NCBI RefSeq assembly: GCF_001194135.2
Contig: NC_069002.1
Coordinates: forward strand, 34,325,406-34,389,405
Origin: Octopus bimaculoides
Lineage: Eukaryota
Direction of reading: 5' to 3'
DNA: 64,000 nt
Positions 26,801 to 43,190 of this stretch are shown piece after piece. The notes beneath the pieces were generated by a model. The model did not search any database. It saw nothing but the letters and a program-made list of their open reading frames with translations, and was not told the origin of the DNA. Made by a program: the position numbers and the translations under genes. Positions within the stretch are counted from its first letter, which is position 1. Every line of letters starts with the position of its first letter.

Positions 26801-29800
26801 TATGTACTTAAGTACGGACTTACGAACGAACGTACCAACGAAGGTACGAACGAACGTATGTACGTACGTTTAACGAAAGAACGTACGTACATACGATCGA
26901 ACGAACGAACGGACGAACGAATGATCGAACGAACAAACGTACGTTCGTTCGTAATTACGGACGTAAGTACGTATGTTTCTTTCGTCCGTTCTTTCTTTGG
27001 CTCATTCTTTAGTTAGTTCGTTCGTTCGTTCGTTCGATCGTTGGTTCGTTCGATCGTTCGTTCGATTGTTCGTACGTACTTACGTACTTACATACGTACG
27101 TTCGTTCTTTCGTTCGTACCTACGAAAGTACTTTCGGTCGATCGTTCGGTCGTTCGTTCATTCGGTTATTCGTACGTACGTTCGTTCATTGTGCATTCGT
27201 ACGTACGTAAGTACGTTTGTTCGTTACTTCGTGTATACGTATATTCATTCGTTCTTTTGTTCGTTCTTTCTTTCGTTCGCACCTAATTACGCACGTACAT
27301 AGGTACGTGCGTTCGTAAGTTCGTTCGTTCAATCGGAAGTAAGTTCTTTCTTTCGTCCTCTCGTTCGTTCCTTCGATCGTTCGGTCGTACGTACGTACGT
27401 GCGAATGCACAATGAACGAACAAACGAACGTACATACGTACGCACGTGCGTAATAGGAACAAATGAACGAACGAACGGACGAACGAATGATCGAACGAAC
27501 AAACGTACGTTCGTACGGACGTAAGAACGTATGTTTCTTTCGTCCGTCCTTTCGTTAGTTCTTTCGTTGGTTCATTCTTTAGTTAGTTCGTTCGTTCGTT
27601 TGTTTGTAATTACGTTCATGTGTTCATTCGTATGTACGTACTTAGGTACCTAATCACGTACATACGTACGTACGTACGTACGTACGTACGTACGTACATT
27701 CGTTCGTTCGTTCGTTCTTTCATACGCACTTATCTACGTGCGTACGTTCGTTCGTTCGTTCGTTCGTTCGTACGTACGTACGTTTGTTCGTACAATCGTT
27801 CATTCATTCGTTCGTTCTTTTGTTCGTTCATTCTTTCGTTCGTACGTTCGTTCGATCGTTGGTTCGTTCGATCGTTCGTTCGATTGTTCGTACGTACTTA
27901 CGTAATTACATACGTACGTTCGTTCTTTCGTTCGTACCTACGAAAGTACTTTCGGTCGATCGTTCGGTCGTTCGTTCATTCGGTCATTCGTACGTACGTT
28001 CGTTCTTTCGTTCATTCTTTGTGCATTCGTACGTACGTAAGTACGTTTGTTCGTTATTTCGTGCGTACGTATATTCATTCGTTCTTTTCTTCGTTCTTTC
28101 TTTCGTTCGCACCTAATTACGCACGTACATAGTTACGTGCATTCGTAATTTCGTTCGTTCAATCGGAAGTAAGTTCTTTCTTTCGTTCATTCATACGTAC
28201 GTACGTTCGTTCTTTCGTTCGTACATACGAAAGTACGTTCGGTCGTTTATTCGTTCATTCGATCGAACATACGTACGTTTTTCGTAATACGTACGTACAT
28301 ACGATCGTTCGTACGTTCGTTCGAACATACGTAAGTACGTACGTAAGTACATATGTTTCTTTCGTCCGTTCGTTCGTTGGTTCATTCTTTAGTTAGTTCG
28401 TTCGCTTGTACTTACGTACGTATGTACGTTCGTATGTTCATTCGTATGTACGTACTTAGGTACGTATTCACCTACGTACCTACATTCGTTCCTTCGCTCG
28501 TTCTTTCAAACGCACTTATCTACGTGCGTACGTTTGTTCGTTCGCTAGTTCATTCGGTCGTTTGTTCGTTCGTATGTACAGACGTACGTACATACTAACG
28601 TACGTTCGTCATCTAGTTCGTTCCGTCGATCGTTCGGTCGAATGAAAGTGCGAACGTACGTAAGTGCGAATGCACAATGAACAAACAAACGAACGTACGT
28701 ACGTACGCACGTGCGTAATAGGAACAAATGAACGAACGTACTTTCGTACGTACGAACGAAAGAACGAACGTACGTACGAACGAACGAAAGAACGTACTTC
28801 CGAATCAACGAAATTACGAACGAACGTACGTACATACGTACGTATTTACGAACGAACGAACGAACGTACATACGTACGTAAGTACGTACGAACGAACCAA
28901 CCAACGATCGAACGAACGTACGAACGTATGTACGTACGAACGAATGAATGAACGAACAAAAGAACGAACGAACGAATGAATGAACAATTGAACGAACGAA
29001 CGTACGTACGTACGAACGAATAATCGTACGTACATTCGTACAAATGAACGTAAGAACGAACATACGTACGGACGTATGTACATACGTATTACGAATGAAC
29101 GTACGTACGAACGAACGAACGAAGGAATGAACGAACGAATGAACGTATGCATGAACGAATGATTGAACGAACAAACGTACGTACGTACGAACGTACCAAG
29201 GAACAACCAACGATAAAACTAACGAAGAAACGAAGTACGTGAATAGGTACCTAAGTAAGTACATACGAATGAACATACGAACGTACATACGTACGTAAGT
29301 ACAGACGAACGAACTAACTAAAGAATGAACCAACGAAAGAAAGAATCATATGTACTTACGTACGTACTTACGAACGAACGTACCAACGAACGTACGAACG
29401 AACGTATGTACGTACGTTTTACGAAAGAACGTACGTACGTACGTACGATCGAACGAACGAATGATCGAACGAACAAACGTACGTATGTACGTAGCAACGA
29501 ATGAACGAACAAACGAACGAACGAACGACCGTACGTACTTTCGTATGTACGAACGATAGAACGAACCTACCTATGAATGAACGAAAGAACGAAAGAAAGA
29601 ACGTACTTCCGAATGAACGAACGAACGCACGTACATATGTACGTACGTAATTAGGTACGAGCGAAAGAAAGAACGAACGATTGAACGAACAAAAGAACGA
29701 GTGAATAGGCGTACGTACGAACTAACGAACAAACGTACTTGCGTACGTACGAATGCACAATGAACGAAAGAACGTACGCACGTACGTAAGTACGAACGAA

Positions 29801-32800
29801 TGAACGAACGAAAGAACGAATGTACGAACGAATGACCGACTGAACGAACAAACGAACGAACTTTCCTACGTACGAACGAAAGAACGAACGTACGAATGAA
29901 TGAACGATCCAACGAACGAACGTATGAACGTATGTACATACGAATGAATAAATGAACGAACAAAAGAACGAACAAACGAATGAACGTACGTACGAACGAA
30001 CGATCGGACGAAGGAATGAACGTACGTATGTAGGAACGGACGAAAGAATGAACGAAAGAAGATACGTACGTACGTACGAACGTACAAACGTACGTGCTTT
30101 CGTACGACCGAATGTATGTACTTACGTATTACGAAAGAACGTACGAACGAACGAACGAACGGTCGAACGAACAAAGGTACGTTTGTACGTAGGAAGGAAG
30201 GAACGAAAGAACTAACGAAAAAACGAGTAAACGAAAAATCTGTCGATGGAATGAACGAACGTATGTACGTACATACGTATGTACGTACGTACGAACGTAC
30301 GTACGTACGAACGTACGTACGTACGTACGTACGTAAGAACGAGTGAATGAACGAACGTACGTTTGTGCGTACGTTCATATGTACTGATGAACGAACGAAC
30401 GTACGTTTGTGCGTACGTTCATATGTACTGATGAACGAACGAACGTATGTACGTACGTATGGACGAACGTATGTACGAACGTATGTACGTACGTATGTAC
30501 GAACGACCGAAGGAAGGAACGAACGAAAGGACGGATGTACGCAAGTATACACGTACGAACGAACGATCTAACGTCCGTACGCACATATGAACGAACGGGC
30601 GAATGCACTAGCGAACGAACGAACTTCCGTACGCAGATAAATGCGTATGAACGGACGAGCGAGCGAACGAATGTACGTACATACGAATGAACATACGAAC
30701 GTACATACTTACTTACGAAAGAACGAACTAACCAAAGACTGAGCCAACAAAAGAACGTACGGACGGAAGAAAAAACGTACTTACGTACGTACTTACGAAT
30801 GAATTAACGTACGTATATACGGACGTATGTACGAATGAACGAACGAACGTATATACGTACGTAGTACGTATGTATGTGCGAACGATTTATCGAACGAACG
30901 ACCGAACGTGCCTATGTACGTAAGTAAGTAGGTACGAACGAAAGAACGATCGTACGACCATATCTTCGTACGAACGAAAGAAAGAACGAACGAATGAACG
31001 AACAAAAGAACGAACGAATGAAAGTGCGTACGTACGATGTGCAAACGAACGTACGTACGTACGAATGCACAATGAACGAACAAACGAACGTACGTACGTA
31101 CGCATGCACGTACGTAAGTAGGAACGAATGAACCAACCACCGAATGAACAACCGAACGAAAGAACGAGCGAAAGAAAGAACGTATTTCCGTACGAACGAA
31201 CTTACGAACAAACGTACGTATTTACGAACGAACGAAGGTACGTATGTACGAATGTACGTAAGTACATAAGTACGTACGAACGAACGTACGAACGTACGTA
31301 CGTACGAATGATAGAAGGAACGAATGATGATTGAACGAAAAAAAGAACGAACGAACGAACGATTGAACGAAGGAACGTACATACGTACGTACGAACATAC
31401 GACCGAACGAGCGAATATACGTACGTATGTACGTGATTAGGTACCTAAGTACATACACACGAATGAACATACGGACGTAAATACGAACGAACGAACTAAC
31501 TAAAGAATGAACCAATGAAAGAACTAACGAAAGAACGGACGAAAGAAACATGTACTTACGTCCGTAATTACGAACGAATGAACGTATGTACGTACGTATT
31601 ACGAAAGAACGTAAGTACGATCGAAGAAACGAACGGACGAACGAATGATCGAACGAACAAACACACGTTCGTTCGTACGTTCGTTCGTTCGTAAGTACGG
31701 ACGTAGTACGTATGTTTCTTTCGTCCGTTCTTTCGTTAGTTCTTTCGTTGGTTCATTCTTTAGTTAGTTCGTTCGTTCGTTCGTTCGTTTGTAATTACGT
31801 TCATGTGTTCATTCGTATGTACGTACTTAGGTACCTAATCACGTATATACGTACGTACGTACGTACGTACATTCGTTCGTTCGTTCTTTCATACGCACTT
31901 ATCTACGTGCGTACGTTCGTTCGTTCGTTAGCTCATTCGTTCGTTCGTTGGTTTGTTAGTACGTACGTACGTTTGTTCGTACAATCGTTCATTCATTCGT
32001 TTGTTCATTCTTTCGTTCGTACGTTCGTTCGATCGTTCGTTCGATTGTTCGTACGTACTTACGTACTTACATACGTACGTTCGTTCTTTCTTTCGTACCT
32101 ACGAAAGTACTTTCGGTCGATCGTTCGGTCGTTCGTTCATTCGTCATTCGTACGTACGTTCGTTCTTTCGTTCGTTCATTGTGGATTCGTACGTACGTAA
32201 GTACGTTTCTTCGTTAGTTCGTGCGTACGTATATTCATTCGTTCTTTTGTTCCTTCTTTCTTTCGTTCGCAACTAATTACGCACGTACATAGGTACGTGC
32301 GTTCGTAAGTTCGTTCGTTCAATCGGAAGTAAGTTCTTTCTTTCGTCCTCTCGTTCGTTCCTTCGATCGTTCGGTCGTACGTACGAATGAAAGTACGAAC
32401 GTACGTACATGCGAATGCACAATGAACGAACAAACGAACGTACGTACGTACGCACGTGCGTAATAGGAACAAATGAACGAACTTACTTTCGTACGTACGA
32501 ACGAAAGAACGAACGTATGTACGAACGAACGAAAGAACGTACTTCCGAATGAAAGAACTTACGAACGAACGTACGTACATACGTACGTATTTACGAACGA
32601 ACGAACGTACGTACGTAAGTACGTACGAACAAACCAACCAACGATCGAACGAACTTACGAACGTATGTACGTACGAACGAATGAATGAACGAACAAAAGA
32701 ACGAACGAATGAATGAACGATTGAACGAACGAACGTACGTACGTACGAACGATCAATCGTACGTACATTCGTACAAATGAACGTAAGAACGAACATACGT

Positions 32801-35800
32801 ACGGACGTATGTACATACGTATTACGAAAGAACGTACGAACGTACGAACGAATGACCGACTGAACGAACGAACGAACGAACGAACTTTCGTACGTACGAA
32901 CGAAAGAACGAACGTACGAATGAATGAACGAATGAATGAACGATCCAACGAACGAACGTATGAACGTATGTACATACGAATGAACAAAAGAACGAACAAA
33001 CGAATGAACGTACGTACGAAAGAACGAACGGACGTAGGAATGAACGTACGTATGTAGGAACGAACGAAAGAATGAACGATTGAACGAAAGAAGATACGTA
33101 CGTACGTACGAACGTACACACGTACGTGCTTTCGTACGAACGAACGTATGTACGTACGTATTACGAAAGAACGTACGTACGAACGAACGAACGGACGAAG
33201 GAATGAACGTACGTATGTAGGAACGAACGAAAGAATGAACGAAAGATACGTACGTACGTACGAACGTACAAACGTACGTGCTTTCGTACGACCGAACGTA
33301 TGTACTTACGTATTACGAAAGAACGTTCGAACGAACGAACGAACGGTCGAACGAATAAAGGTACGTATGTACGTAGGAAAGAAGGAACGAAAGAACTAAA
33401 GAAAAAACAAGTAAACGAAAAATCTGTCGATGGAATGAACGAACGTATGTACATACATACGTATGTACGTACGTACGAACGTACGTACGTACGTGTGTAC
33501 GTAAGAACGAGCGAATGAACGAACGTACGTTTGTGCGTACGTTCATATGTACTGATGAACGAACGAACGAACGTATGTACGTACGTATGGACGAACGTAT
33601 GTACGTACGTATGTACGAACGACCGAAGGAAGGAACGAACGAAAGGACGGACGTACGCAAGTATACACGTACGAACGAACGATCTAACGTCCGTACGCAC
33701 ATATGAACAAACGAGCGAATGCACTAGCGAACGAACGATCTTCCGTACGCAGATAAATGCGTATGAACGGACGAGCGAGCGAACGAATATATGTACATAC
33801 GAATGAACATACGAACGTACATACGTACTTACGAACGAACGAACTAACCAAAGACTGAGCCAACGAAAGAAAGAACGGACGAAAGAAAAAACGTACTTAC
33901 GTACGTACTTACGAATGAACTAACGCACGTATATACGGACGTATGTACGAATGAACGAACGAACGTATATACGTACGTATGTATGTGCGAACGATTTATC
34001 GAACGAACGACCGAACGTACTTTCGTACGTATGAACGGAGGATCGAACGTTCGAACGTACGTACGATCCAACAAACGAACGAAAGAACGAACGAGTGAAA
34101 CAACGAATGTACGTACGTATTTACGAGCGAAGGAACTCACAAACGAACGTACGTATGTACAAAGGAACGAACGAACGTGCCTATGTACGTAAGTAAGTAG
34201 GTACGAACGAAAAAACGATCGTACGACCATATCTTCGTACGAACGAAAGAAAGAACGAACGAATGAACGAACAAAAGAACGAACGAATGAAAGTGCGTAC
34301 GTACGAACGTACAAACGAACGTACGTACGTACGAACGTACAAACGAACGTACGTACGTACGAATGCACAATGAACGAACAAACGAACGTACGTACGTACG
34401 CACGCACGTACGTAAGTAGGAACGAATGAACGAACCACCGAAAGAACAACCTAACGAAAGAACGAACGAAAGAAAGAACGTATTTCCGTACGAACGAACT
34501 TACGAACAAACGTACGTATTTACGAACGAACGAAGGTACGTATGTACGAACGTACGTACGTACATAAGTACGTACGAACGAACGTACGAACGTATGTACG
34601 TACGAATGATAGAAGGAACGAATGATGATTGAACGAAAAAAAGAACGAACGAACGAACGATTGAACGAAGGAACGTACATACGTACGTACGATCATACGA
34701 CCGAACGAACGAATATACGTACGTATGTACGTGATTAGGTACCTAAGTACGTACACACGAATGAACATACGGACGTAAGTACGAACGAACGAACTAACTA
34801 AAGAATGAACCAACGAAAGAACTAACGAAAGAACGGACGAAAGAAACATGTACTTACGTCCGTAATTACGAACGAATGAACGTATGTACGTACGTATTAC
34901 GAAAGAACGTACGTACGATCGAACGAACGAACGGACGAACGAATGATCGAACGAACAAACGAACGTTCGTTCGTACGTTCGTTCGTTCGTAAGTACTGAC
35001 GTAAGTATGTATGTTTCTTTCGTCCGTTCTTTCGTTGGTTCATTCTTTAGTTAGTTCGTTCGTTCGTTCATTCGTTTGTAATTACGTTCATGTGTTCATT
35101 CGTAACTACGTACTTAGGTACCTAATCACGTACATACGTACGTACGTACATTCGTTCGTTCGTTCTTTCATACGCACTTATCTACGTGCGTACGTTCGTT
35201 CGTTCGCTAGTTCATTCGTTCGTTCGTTCATTGTGCATTCGTACGTACGTAAGTACGTTTCTTCGTTAGTTCGTGCGTACGTATATTCATTCGTTCTTTT
35301 GTTCGTTCGCAACTAATTACGGACGTACATAGGTACGTGCGTTCATAAGTTCGTTCGTTCAATCGGAAGTAAGTTCTTTCTTTCGTCCTCTCGTTCGTTC
35401 CTTCGATCGTTCGGTCGTACGTACGAATGAAAGTGCGAACGTACGTACGTGCGAATGCACAATGAACGAACAAACGAACGTACGTACGTACGCACGTACG
35501 TAATAGGAACAAATGAACGAACTTACTTTCGTACGTACCAACGAATGAACGAACGTATGTACGAACGAACGAAAGAACGTACTTCCGAATGAACGAACTT
35601 ACGAACGAACGTACGTACGAACGAACGTACGTACGTAAGTACGTACGAACGAACCAAACAACGAACTTACGAACGTATGTACGTACGAACGAATGAATGA
35701 ACGAACAAAAGAACGAACGAACGAATGAATGAACGATTGAACGAACGAACGTCCGTACGTACGAACGAACAATCGTACGTACATTCGTACAAATGAACGT

Positions 35801-38800
35801 AAGAACGAACATACGTACGGACGTATGTACATACGTATTAAGAAAGAACGTACGTATGAAAGAACGAACGGACGGACGAAGGAATGAACGAACGAATGAA
35901 CGAACGAATGAATGTATGCACGAACGAATGATTGAACGAACAAACGTACGTACGTAGGAACAACCAACGATAAAACTAACGAAGAAACGAAGTACGTACG
36001 TACGTATGTACGTGAATAGGTACCTAAGTAAGTACATACGAATGAACATACGAACGTACATACGTACGTAAGTACAAACGAACGAACTAACTAAAGAATG
36101 AACCAACGAAAGAAAGAAACATATGTACTTACGTACGTACTTACGAACGAACGTACGAACGTATGTACGTACGTATTACGAAAGAACGTACGTACGTACG
36201 ATCGAACAGACGAATGATCGAACGAACAAACGTACTTATGTACGTAGCAACGAATGAACGAACGACCATACGTACTTTCGTATGTACGAACGAAAGAACG
36301 AACCTACGTATGAATGAACGAATGAACGAAAGAAAGAACGTACTTCCGACTGAACGAACGAACGCACGTACCTATGTACGTACGTAATTACGTACGAGCG
36401 AAAGGAAGAACGAACGATTGAACGAACAAAAGAACAAATGAACAGGCGTACGTACGAACTAACGAACAAACGTACGTACGAATGCACAATGAACGAAAGA
36501 ACGTACGCACGTACGTAAGTCCGAACGAATGAACGAACGAAAAAACGAACGTACGGACGAATGACCTACTGAACGAACGAACGACCGAACTTTCGTACGT
36601 ACGAACGAAAGAACGAACGTACGAATGAATGAACGATCCAACGAACGAACGTATGAACGTATGTACATACGTATGAATAAATGAACGAACAAAAGAACGA
36701 ACAAACGAATGCACGATTGAACGAACGAATGTACGTACGAACGTACTATGTACGTACGTATTACGAAAGAACGTACGTACGAACGAACGAACGGACGTAG
36801 GAATGAACATACGGATGTAGGAACGAACGAAAGAATGAACGATTGAACGAAAGAAGATACATACGTACGAACGTACACACGTACGTGCTTGCGTACGAAC
36901 GAACGTATGTACGTACGTATTAAGAAATAACGTACGTACGAACGAACGAACGGTCGAACGAACAAAGGTGCGTATGTTTGTAGGAAGGAAGGAAGGAACG
37001 AACTAACGAAAGAATGAGTAAACGAAAAATCTATCGATGGAACGAACGTACGTACGTACTTACATACGTATGTACGTACATACGTATGTACGTACGTACG
37101 AACGGCCGAACGAACGTATGTACGTACGTGCGTGCGTAAGAACGAGCGAATGAAAGAACCAAAGAACAAACGAACGTACGTTTGTGCGAACGTTCATATG
37201 TACTGATGAACGAACGAACGAACGTATGTACATACGTATGTACGAACGATCGAAGGAAGGAACGAACGAAAGAACGAACGTACGCAAGTATACACGTACG
37301 AACGAACGATCTTACGTCCGTACGCACATACGAACGAACGAGCGAATGCACTAGCGAACGAACGAACTAACTAAAGAATGAACCAACGAAAGAACGTAAG
37401 AAAAAACGTACTTACGTACGTACTTACGAACGAACCAACGAATGAACTAACGCTCGTATATACGTACGTAAGTACGAATGAACGAACGAACGGTCGAACA
37501 AACGAACGAACATATATACGTACGTAAGTACGTATGTATGTGCGAACGATTTATCGAACGAACGATCGAACGTACGTACTATCCAACAAACGAACGAAAG
37601 AACGAACGAATGTACGTACGTACTTACCAGCGAAGGAACTTACGAACGAACGTACGTATGTACAAAGCAACGAACGAACGTGCCTATGTACGTAAGTAAG
37701 TAGGTACGAACGAAAGAACGATCGAACGAACGTACGAACATATCTTCGTACGAACGAAAGAAAGAACGAACGAATGAAAGAACAAAAGAATGAAAGAATG
37801 AAAGTGCGTACGTACGAACGTACAAACGAACGTACGTACGTACGAATGCACAATGAACGAACAAACGAACGTACGTACGTACGAATGAACGAACGAAAGA
37901 AAGAAACATAGTACTTCCGAACGCACGAACTTACGAACGAACGTACGTATGTACGAACGAAAGATCGCACGAACCAACGAACGTATGTACGTACGAATGA
38001 AAGAAGGAACGAATGATTGAACGAAAAATAGAACGAACGACCGAACAATCGACCGAAAGTACTTTCGTAGGTACGAACGAAAGAACGAACGTACGTATGT
38101 CAGTACGTAAGTACGTACGAACAATCGAACGAACGATCGAACGAACCAACGATCGAACGAACGTACGAACGAAAGAATGAACGAACAAAAGAACGAACGA
38201 ATAAATGAACGATTGAACGAACGAACGTACGTACGTACGTACGAACATACGACCGAAAGAACGAACTAACTAAAGAATGAACCAACGAAAGAACTAACGA
38301 AAGAACGGATGAAAGAAACATATGTACGTACGTCCGTACTTACGAACGAACGAACGGACGAACGAATGATCGAACGAACAAACGTACGTTCGTTCGTACG
38401 TTCGTTCGTTCGTAAGTACGGACGTAAGTACATATGTTTCCTTCGCCCGTTCTTTCGTTATTTCTTTCGTTTGTTCATTCTTTAGTTAGTTCGTTCGTTC
38501 GTTTGTAATTGCGTTCGTATGTTCTTTCGTATGTACGTACTTAGGTACCTATTCACGTACATACGTACGTACGTATGTACATTCGTTCGTTCGTTTGTTC
38601 CTTCTTTCATACGCACTTATCTACGTGCGTACGTTCGTTCGTTCGATCGTTCGTTCGTATGTTCGCACGTACGTACGTACGTTCGTTCGTTCAATCGTTC
38701 ATTCATTCGTTCGTACGTACATACGTTCGTACGTTCGTTCGATCGTTGGTTCGATTGTTCGTACGTACTTACGTACGAACGAACGAACGTACGTACGTAC

Positions 38801-39635
38801 GTAGTTCGTTCGTTCGGTCGGTCGTTCGTTTGGTCGTTCGTTCATTCGTACGTACGTTCGTTCATTGTGCATTCGTAAGTACGTAAGTAATTTTGTTCGT
38901 ACGTACGCATATTCATTCGTTCTTTTTTTCGTTCAATCTTTCGTTCTTTCTTTCGTTCGTACGTAATGACGTACGTGCATAGTTACGTGCGTTCGTAAGT
39001 TCGTTCTTTCGTTCGTACATACGAAAGTACGTTCGGTCGTTCGTTCGTTCGTTTGTTCCTACGTACATACGTACGTTTGTTCGTTCGATCATTCGTTCGT
39101 ATGTTCCTTCGTATGTACGTCATTATGTACCTATTCACCTACATACGTACGTTCGCTCGTTCTTTCATACGCACTTATCTACGTGCGTACGTTCGTTCGT
39201 TCGCTAGTTCATTCGTTCGTTTGTTCGTTCGTATGTACGTACGTACGTACGTAACATCGTTCGTTCGTACGCACATACTAACGTACGTTCGTCCTTTCGT
39301 TCGTTCCTTCGATCGTTCGGTCGTTCGTTCGTATGTTCGTACGTACTTACGTTCGTTCGTTCAATCGTTCATTCATTCGTTCGTTCGTTCGTTCTTTTGT
39401 TCGTTCATTCATTCGTTCTTTCTTTCGTTCGTACGTACATACGTTTGTACGATCGTTCGATTGTTCGTACGTAATTACTTTCGTACTTACGTACGTACAT
39501 ACCTACGTTCGTTTTTTCGTTCGTACGTTCGTTCATTGTGCATTCGTACGTACGTACGTTCGTTTGTACGTACGGGCGCACTTTCATTCGTTCGTTCTAT
39601 CGTTCGTTCATACGAAGGTACGTTCGTACGTTCGT

Positions 39636-40586
39636 NNNNNNNNNNNNNNNNNNNNNNNNNNNNNNNNNNNNNNNNNNNNNNNNNNNNNNNNNNNNNNNNN
39701 NNNNNNNNNNNNNNNNNNNNNNNNNNNNNNNNNNNNNNNNNNNNNNNNNNNNNNNNNNNNNNNNNNNNNNNNNNNNNNNNNNNNNNNNNNNNNNNNNNNN
39801 NNNNNNNNNNNNNNNNNNNNNNNNNNNNNNNNNNNNNNNNNNNNNNNNNNNNNNNNNNNNNNNNNNNNNNNNNNNNNNNNNNNNNNNNNNNNNNNNNNNN
39901 NNNNNNNNNNNNNNNNNNNNNNNNNNNNNNNNNNNNNNNNNNNNNNNNNNNNNNNNNNNNNNNNNNNNNNNNNNNNNNNNNNNNNNNNNNNNNNNNNNNN
40001 NNNNNNNNNNNNNNNNNNNNNNNNNNNNNNNNNNNNNNNNNNNNNNNNNNNNNNNNNNNNNNNNNNNNNNNNNNNNNNNNNNNNNNNNNNNNNNNNNNNN
40101 NNNNNNNNNNNNNNNNNNNNNNNNNNNNNNNNNNNNNNNNNNNNNNNNNNNNNNNNNNNNNNNNNNNNNNNNNNNNNNNNNNNNNNNNNNNNNNNNNNNN
40201 NNNNNNNNNNNNNNNNNNNNNNNNNNNNNNNNNNNNNNNNNNNNNNNNNNNNNNNNNNNNNNNNNNNNNNNNNNNNNNNNNNNNNNNNNNNNNNNNNNNN
40301 NNNNNNNNNNNNNNNNNNNNNNNNNNNNNNNNNNNNNNNNNNNNNNNNNNNNNNNNNNNNNNNNNNNNNNNNNNNNNNNNNNNNNNNNNNNNNNNNNNNN
40401 NNNNNNNNNNNNNNNNNNNNNNNNNNNNNNNNNNNNNNNNNNNNNNNNNNNNNNNNNNNNNNNNNNNNNNNNNNNNNNNNNNNNNNNNNNNNNNNNNNNN
40501 NNNNNNNNNNNNNNNNNNNNNNNNNNNNNNNNNNNNNNNNNNNNNNNNNNNNNNNNNNNNNNNNNNNNNNNNNNNNNNNNNNNNNN
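39636..40586. other. Assembly gap in the satellite (other large gaps: 10469-11459, 26101-26386, 52439-52566, 59882-60571, 62549-62707)
   Basis: N runs; most are flanked by simple repeats. Confidence 1.
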
Positions 40587-42844
40587 TCGATTGTTCGTAC
40601 GTAATTACTTTCGTACTTACGTACGTACATACCTACGTTCGTTTTTTCGTTCGTACGTTCGTTCATTGTGCATTCGTACGTACGTAAGTACGTTTGTTCG
40701 TTAGTTCGTACGTATGCATATTCATTCGTTCTTTTGTTCGTTCAATCGTTCGTTCTTTCTTTCGTTCGTACGTAATTACGTACGTACATAGGTACATGCG
40801 TTCGTTCGTTCATTCGGAAGTACGTTATTTCTTTCGTTCTTTCGTTCATTCATACGTACACACGTTCGTTCTTTCGTTCGTACATACGAAAGTACGTTCG
40901 GTCGTTCGTTCGTTCGTTCGTTTGTTCGTTCATTCGTTGCTACGTACATACGTACGTTTGTTCGTTCGATCATCCGTTCGTTAGTTCGATCGTACGTACG
41001 TACGTTCTTTAGTAATACGTACGTACATACGTTCGTTCGTACCTTCGTACGTACGTAGGTACATATGTTACTTTCGTCCGTTCGTTCGTTAGTTCTTTCG
41101 TTAGTTTATTCTTTAGTTATTTCGTTCGTTTGTACTTACGTACGTATGTAGGTTCGTATGTTCATTCGTATGTACGTACTTAGGTACCTATTCACGTACA
41201 TACGTTCGTACGTACATTCGTTCGTTCAATCGTGCATTCGTTCGTTCGTTCGTTCGTACGTACGTTCGTTCGTTTTTTCGTTCTTTTGTTCGTTCATTTA
41301 TTCATTCGTATGTATATACGTTCATACGTTCGTTCGTTGTAGCGTTCATTTATTCGTAAGTACGTACGTACGTTCGTTCTTTCATTCGTACGTACGAAAT
41401 ACGTTCTGTCGTTCGTTCGTTCGTTCAGTCGGTCATTCGTACGTACGTTCGTTCTTTCGTTCGTTCATTCGTTCGTACTTACGTACGTTCTTTCGTTCAT
41501 TGTGCATTCGTACGTACGTAAGTACGTTTGTTCGTTAGTTCGTACGTATGCATATTCATTCGTTCTTTTGTTCGTTCAATCGTTCGTTCTTTCTTTCGTT
41601 CGTACGTAATTACGTACGTATATAGGTACATCCGTTCGTTCGTTCATTCGGAAGTACGTTATTTCTTTCGTTCTTTCGTTCATTCATACGTACGCTCGTT
41701 CGTTCTTTCGTTCGTACATACGAAAGTACGTTCGGTCGTTCGTTCGTTCGTTCGTTTGTTCGTTCAATCGTTGCTACGTACATACGTACGTTTGTTCGTT
41801 CGATCATCCGTTCGTTAGTTCGATCGTACGTACGTACGTTCTTTAGTAATACGTACGTACATACGTTCGTTCGTACGTTCGTACGTACGTAGGTACATAT
41901 GTTACTTTCGTCCATTCGTTCGTTAGTTCTTTCGTTGGTTTATTCTTTAGTTATTTCGTTCGTTTGTACTTACGTACGTATGTACGTTCGTATGTTCATT
42001 CGTATGGACGTACTTAGGTACCTATTCACGTACATAAGTACGTGCGTACATTCGTTCCTTCGTTAGTTTTATCGTTCGTTTGTTCCTTCGTCCGTCCGTT
42101 CGTTCGTTCGTACGTACGTTCTTTAGTAATACGTATGCACATACGTCCGTACATATGTTCGTTCCTACGTTCATTTGTACGAATGTACGTACGATCGTTC
42201 GTTCGTACGTGCGTACGTTCGTTCGTTCAATCGTTCATTCATTCGTTCGTTCGTTCGATCTTTTGTTCGTTCATTCGTTCGTACGTACATACGTTCGTAC
42301 GTTCGTTTGATCGTTGGTTGTTTCGTTCGTACCTACTTACGTACGTACATACGTTCGTTCGTTTGTAAGTTCGTCCGTTCGTTCGTTCGTTCGTTCGTTC
42401 GTACGTACTTCGTTCTTTTGTCCGTACGTACGAAAGTACTTTCGTTCGTTCGTTCGGTCGTTCGTACATTTGTTCCTACTTACGTACGTGCGTACGTACG
42501 TACGTTCGTTTGTTCGTTCATTGTGCATTCGTACGTACGTACGTTCGCACTTTCATTCGTGTGTTCTTTTGTTCGTTTATTCGTTTGTTCTTTCGGTCGT
42601 ACGAAGATACGTTCATTCGTTCCTTTGTACATACGCACGTATGTACGTACGTTCGTTCGTATGTTCGTACGTATGTTCGTTGTTTCACTCGTTCATTCTT
42701 TCGTTCTTTCTTTCTTTGAATCGTACGTAGGTTCGAACGTCCCTCCTTTCGTTCGTTCGATAAATCGTTCGTACATACGTACGTACGTACGTACGTATGT
42801 TCGTTTGTACGTACGTACTCACGTACGTGCGTACGTGTGTGCGT

Positions 42845-43190
42845 TCGTACGTACGTACTCACGTGTGTGCGTACGTACGTACGTACTCACGTGTGTGCGT
42901 ACTTACGTACGTACTCACGTGTGTGCGTACTTACGTACGTACTCACGTGTGTGCGTACTTACGTACGTACTCACGTGTGTGCGTACTTACGTACGTACTC
43001 ACGTGTGTGCGTACTTACGTACGTACTCACGTGTGTGCGTACTTACGTACGTACTCACGTGTGTGCGTACTTACGTACGTACTCACGTGTGTGCGTACTT
43101 ACGTACGTACGTACTCACGTGTGTGCGTACTTACGTACGTACGTACTCACGTACGTACGTACTCACGTGTGTGCGTACTTACGTACGTAC
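42845..43190 (+). repeat. 28-bp minisatellite (ACTTACGTACGTACTCACGTGTGTGCGT), about 12 copies, nested in the satellite
   Basis: Period 28 visible (for example 42901, 42929, 42957). Confidence 0.9.
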
